A stretch of 64,000 nt of DNA from Eledone cirrhosa. Lineage: Eukaryota. Of the stretch, positions 58,305-64,000 are shown piece by piece (the stretch's first letter is position 1; every line of letters begins with the position of its first letter). Where the stretch lies: NCBI GenBank assembly GCA_964016885.1, contig CAXHJY010000554.1, forward strand, positions 1-64,000. The letters run 5' to 3'. A program made the translations under genes and the position numbers. Below the pieces are notes generated by a model. It was not told the DNA's origin. It did not search any database and was given only the letters and a program-made list of their open reading frames with translations.

Positions 58305-59893
58305 GTGAGTTTGACATTTCGAATTAATAATAATGATAATTTCTTACATTGCTGAAGAAATTGTATAAAGAAATGACTAATTAGTCAGCAATGTTGATGG
58401 TTATTAATTAGTCTAGGTTTTTAATTATGGATTTTTGGAGGAATTTTGCAACAACTGTTGTTGATATAAAATCATGTTTGATGAAAACAATATATTCTTA
58501 GGCGGTTGTGAAATTATAACAAATGATGATGACGACGTAATTGTAGCCACATATGAGAATATAATTTACTACTTATTTGCTTTACTTTCATTTAAAAATG
58601 TATTTGTAATTAATGAAAATCCCCTGCAACCTCACATTGTCTTGTGTATAAAGGTCGTCACAGTTGCGTAACTATTCTAAATGTAATATCGAATAAGTGG
58701 CCAGAATTGTTTTAAGTCTCCTAGCTGGGGTTTTGTAGTTTTCAGAAATTTCCGCCCTCTATATAAACAAAATTGAATTATTTCAACACTTCAAATACAA
58801 ACGAAATATATAGTTGATTACAGTATAATGTTAATGATATCAACTAAAATTCGTTGGCTCAGTGACCATGAAATAATACAGTATTTTCTGCTTGTTTTGG
58901 TATTTTTATGTTGGTGATATTCTAGAGAAACAAATGCTACGTTTTTAATATTTATACCTCCTAATTTAAGTGTAGTTTTGTTTTTAATTTTATTCTTTTC
59001 TGTTTCGCTATTTTTTGCCTTGTAAATTTCTTCGGTTATTGGATCGTTCATATTGATTGATCTGTTTGATGCTTATCAGAATTATACAGCCTTGTTCTCT
59101 CTACACGTGGTTGTTATAAGTGAGGTGTATATTTATGGTTAATAAAAAAATTAATTTTTGTTGAAATAGAAAAAATACAGGAATCAATAAAAGATCGAAT
59201 GGACGTGTAGTTTGTTTGAGAGAATTCAGCAAATAATAGATTTTTGCGCTCAATTAAACACACATTAATTTGGTGTTGATTGATAAAATTTGCTTTTTAA
59301 ATATTTCTATGTCATAACGTGAAAAATATTCGATTAGGTTCAGAAATCCCTAAGTTTTACCTCTACACGACTGCCATGCAATAGAATGTTGATTACCGAT
59401 TTTAAAAAAATTTAAAAAATTCGCGCAAAATGTTTTTTGCGGCAATTTGTTAAGAAGCAGTTTAGCGGAAATATTAAAGTTTTCAAATCGGAGCAATCCT
59501 ATTGAAATGTTTACACGCTTGTTCATTGACAGTTTCCGATTTCTGTAGTTAAAACACAATAATATAAAACAATCTGGAGTAATTCATTAATCGATTACAC
59601 TTCCGTTTTTGTATTTCCACTCGGAGTTTGTGTTTTCTTTTAAAAGAAAGCAAGCAAGCCAATCTGAATTGAATAACTGGAATAATTTGAAGACTAGTGT
59701 CAAAGGAACAGAAGATGAACCCTATATGATGGATTGGAAAAAAAAGCCGTATAGTAAGAAGGATCTACAGAGAAGTAAAGCAAGCACTAAAGCAAGCAAG
59801 CAAGCAACCTACCGACCAACGGAGTGTGCGGCCGACATGCTTGGATGTGTATGTGGGCAGCCATATTGCTTTGAATGAAAACACTGTAGAAAG

Positions 59894-59964
59894 ATGGTGA
59901 ACTTCTGTGCCGTGTTTGGCTGTAACAGTAAACACAAGACTGGGAGCGGCATTTCCTTCCACAG
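59894..59964 (+). CDS. Coding exon 1: N-terminal half of a THAP domain, phase-2 donor (absent from the ORF track)
   Basis: MVNFCAVFGCNSKHKTGSGISFH(R) ending CAG|GTAAGA; M-x3-C-x4-C...SFHR start typical of THAP; GCCATATTG motif at 59860. Confidence 0.82.
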
Positions 59965-61494
59965 GTAAGATTATTTTATCTTTTGTTGTTGCTACTTTAA
60001 ATTTGTTTTTTCATTTTTACTATTTCCATTAATGTTTGTTTAAATATATATTTATTTCTGTATGACAATTCCAGCGAAGTCTCTAAGCCAGTACATAAGG
60101 ATTAGCTAGTTTAAGTTAGTGTAGGAGCGGCGACTAATACCTTTCCAATACTATCACTGTTATTTTTCTTCCTCTCACTTTCATGTCTCTCTTATCTCGC
60201 TCTCTCACTCGATGTATTTGCATCTCTGTTTGCGCCAATCTTCTCCCCCCCCCCCCCTTCTCTCACTCTCTCACACTATCGCACTCGTTCCACGTTTTTA
60301 GAGGTTTTCACATGGGTTTTATCGATTCACTCACCGGGGTTTGCTTTTTTTTTTTTACATTATTTTCGCTATAATATAGCACTCCTGTTGATCTATTCAA
60401 TATAAATTGTCTTGTTGCAATATATCGCATTTGTAAGTCCATTTCGTCTATTAGTATTCCTTTGTCTTCGATCAAGATGAGAAGTGACTGTTTAGGAAAA
60501 AACTAGAGAAATGAAGAGGAGAGAGAGCCATAGGGGGATAATTGATGATTGCAATTTTAGCGACAGAACTACTTGTCTTTAACTTTTAATTGTATTCTTA
60601 GATTGGCCGGCACATGTTCTGTGTTTACAACGTGTGATAGAGGGTGTGTGTACTACAGTAAATAGTCCAGTCGAAAGAGCCCTTCAATTTTTCGTTTTCC
60701 TGTATATGATTATTTCTTGTTGAATTTCTGATTTCTAAACATGATCAAATGATAAAGATATGTCTTTTCTTCACCTACCCCCACCTCATGTATTGTGACT
60801 AATGTGCACTATATTGTATGTGTATCTCTTTAAGGACGACTTTCTTGTTTTTGTCAGACATAAATCGTAAGTGCTAGTAATGTTTTGAGTTCATTGATTA
60901 AAATGTCTTCTTATTTGAGGATATTTCTTGCCAGCAATGGATACACGGATGGTTTTCTGAACGTGTTACCAGCGAATACTTATCCTGGTACTTGGTTCTC
61001 AATAACTCAGTCCACTGAATTGTGGTTTAACTACACATAAGTCAGCCTAAGTGAACAGTTCTGTAATCTCTTGAGCATTGCGTAACTATGACTTCCTCGT
61101 TTTTTGAAAGTTGTAGGGTGTAATTGGAAGATTTGGCTGCTATTTCTGGCAGGTCAAGAAGCCATGTACAGGCTCCTCATACTTCTTAGCTTTCAGTAGA
61201 TACCAGCAGTAGTATTGTTCACAATTATAGACAATGATACTCTCTCTAGAATTAATGAATGATTCATTGGATTGTCATGTAATCTACATAATTCTTTCTC
61301 GGAGGGAAAAACTACCAGTATCATCATGGTTATGACTTAATTCTGCAGAAACTGGAGATAAGCCCATGGATATTTATTATTTAGAAAAGGATATGTAATG
61401 CTAGAGCATAAGTGAGCTGAAAGAAAAGTTAAGTATAAGAGGAATTGAATGTAGTATGTAAAAGAAACTATTGTGTTAGTATAGGGTCATGTTA

Positions 61495-61990
61495 TGTGTA
61501 AGGAGAGTGAAAGTTGTACTATGGAATAGGGAGACCTAAGAAGCGAAGGGATGAAGATATAAAGAATGACCTCAAGAAGCTGAGCCTCGCGAAGGAGATG
61601 ACACAAGACTAAGCTGACTGGTAATATGCTATAAAACAAAAGACCCACTCTCCCACACAAGCACAATGGCACAATATAAATTAGTGGGCAACCAGAGGCT
61701 ATAGTATTAATGATTGAATTGAGACAATAAAAGGTTTGCAAGGACCCTTCAGTCTTGATGAGCATATAATAACCACTCTATTGCTGATGCCTTGATAAAA
61801 TGCACCCACAACACTCTGCAAAATGTTAGTGTTGGTGCCACAAGAAAATGTTAGAGGTGGTGCCATGAAAATACATGCTCAGTACACTCTGTAAGGTAGT
61901 TGTTGTTGTTAGGAAGAGCATCCATCCATACAAGCCATACCAAATATGGAATGTGTGGACAAGTTGGGTAGATCTGATAACCCATTCAAC
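61495..61990 (+). mobile_element. Decayed RTE 3' fragment and SINE-like tail
   Basis: GRPKK..IKNDLKKLSLAKEMTQD; GTTAGGAAGAGCATCCA tail motif. Confidence 0.5.
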
Positions 61991-63019
61991 TGAAGCCATT
62001 GAGGAAAGCAGATAAAATGATGCTGATGATGACGACAACAATGAAAATGGATTAAAATATGTGCTAGTCACTGACAGAGCAACACAAATTCTTGCTTAAA
62101 ATTAAAGTATTTTATAGTAGTTAAATTAGAAAGTTGGTGATATTGGCCTATGACAAGTTTAAATATACTGTATACATTTTGTTGTGTACATTTTAGTTTG
62201 CATGACTGTTTATTATCAGTACCTTATCATCGGTCTGATATTTGAGATACACTGTAATTTTTCAAGAAAATGTTTATCTTAATAAAATATAACCAGTTCT
62301 TAAATATTCTGTGTATCAGCATTGTTTACATTCAGTTTTACAAGTTGGCATACCTGGAGGGACATTTGCATATGTAATTGCTGTGACAAATGTTTTATTC
62401 CTTTGTGCTAACCATTAAACCATAAAGACTTGTTATCAACCAGAGAAAATGTTGTGGGTGGTAACACATGCCAATAGCTAAATATATTAACTTACCAAAA
62501 GACTGGTCTGTTCTAGACAAGTAGACTACTCATACTTAACAAAATAGTTAAATTAGTTTCCTCTTGTAGTTGAAATTATGTACTAAATAGTTGCAAACTT
62601 CTTACAATGAAGCTACCTTACATTAACCAAGTTCTTTTTATATGTAATTACAAAGGTGATGGCATGTAGTGACATGGTAAAAACATAAAGGGGACCAATC
62701 ACAGGGTGTTGGCATTGTCTCAAATATATTTGTGTTGAATGGATACATTGAAAATGTAGTGTGAGAGGATTATTAAACTGGTTATAGCTTTAGTTAAGCT
62801 ATTTGCAAAATAACAACAAATGGTGATTTGTTGAACTTTGGTTTATTGCATGACAAACGTTTTCAAATGTAAGAAGGAGCAACCTACCCCTAAAGTCCAA
62901 GTCTTGTTACCTGACTCACTAGGAGTGTCTTCACTGTCGACTAGTTCAATAACAAGTCTGCAGTAAAGGCCTTTCCATCAACAGTTTGTCTTTTACTAGC
63001 TTGTGGCAATTCTTTACAT

Positions 63020-63590
63020 GACAAATATATTTAAGTGTAAAATGTGCATAAGGGAAGCTGCAAATGGAGAGGGTTTTCAGCTGGATCTTGAGAATGTTGG
63101 AAAAATGGAATGTGTGGTAAGGTTTTGTTATCTAAGAGACATGTTGAATGGTGGTAGTACAGTAAGGTGTGCATGGAAGAAGTTCTGGGAACTAAGTGGC
63201 ATGCTAACAAAAGAGTGTAGCTGAAAATGAAGGGGAAAGTGTATGCTGTCATAGATGTGAGACATGGGTGATGAACGTGGAACAACAGAGGAGGCTGGAA
63301 AGGATAGAAATGATAATTGTTTAGTGGATGAGCAGAATATCACTCTAACAGGAAAACTACTATGAATTGCAAAGGACGATAGTAATAGAGCCAGGGGCGA
63401 ATGTCGTTAAGAGAAATGCAATGGCATGGTTGGGTCGTGTGTTGAAGGATGAAAGAGACCAAATGACAGGAATGGTGAAAATCCATATGGAAGGAAGTAG
63501 AGGCAGAAGAATACCAAGAAAAACATGGTTTAAAATAAAGGAGATGTGGAGAATTGGGCAAAATAGAGAAGCTTGTCATGAGGCCTAGCT
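63020..63590 (+). mobile_element. Highly decayed RTE RT/C-terminal fragment
   Basis: ECVVRFCYLRDML..CAWKKFWEL..WLGRVL..EGSRGRRIPRKTW. Confidence 0.6.
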
Positions 63591-64000
63591 AACTACTGTT
63601 TTTTGGCTAAGAAAATGGCTTGAAAACACTTGTATACTTGTAATACTGCATCTTGCCTGAATAAAAACAGTATAGGGTATTGTGTATTGCCATACTGTAC
63701 CAAACAACTAGATTGAATCCTGGCATATTTTGTATGCTTGGCTTAAAAGATCATTCAGATTTGTTTGATTAACACTATAGGTTAAATAGCTTAACTGAGG
63801 CAATACAAAAACAAGCAACATTTGAAATCGTGTTTCCATCAGTGATACATATCAAGACATACATCATAAAATCCATATTTGTTATATGAATTACTGACAT
63901 ATGTTCATGGTGAAATTAGTTACATTGTTTCACTCTTATCTTTAGCCAATCTCTTTAGCAACCCTATCTTTTCATACCTGATGGCGTCATGTTCTATTTG

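Noticed and set aside
27423-58327. Reading the DBD ORFs as intact single-exon genes or transposase remnants, using the ORF-track ends
   Set aside because: The ORF tails after the GT donors are low-complexity and intron-like, paralogue similarity stops at the donor, and no catalytic domain or TIR follows
59609-59878. 89-aa ORF upstream of the last THAP exon
   Set aside because: TTG start, GCAA repeats and no domain; better read as promoter/5' UTR

Overview
AT-rich eukaryotic DNA, most likely from a coleoid cephalopod (Octopus-like); this is inferred from the RTE LINE, SINE and (TA)n repeat content. Bases 1-26.5k are almost entirely (TA)n microsatellite, RTE-clade non-LTR retrotransposon copies, SINEs, a minisatellite and Penelope-like palindromes. 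From 27.4 kb to 60 kb, seven isolated exons lie on the + strand. Each begins with an ATG, encodes only a transposase-type DNA-binding domain (in order FLYWCH, THAP, THAP, Brinker/pogo HTH, THAP, Brinker/pogo HTH, THAP N-half) and ends at a GT splice donor; I found no terminal exon or transposase catalytic domain between them. Four donors are phase 1, and a 40-nt microexon (41789-41828) would convert the two upstream phase-0 exons to phase 1. The best explanation (inference) is one locus with an array of alternative first exons that swap DNA-binding domains onto shared exons beyond the window's 3' end. All TA-repeat ORFs are artefacts.
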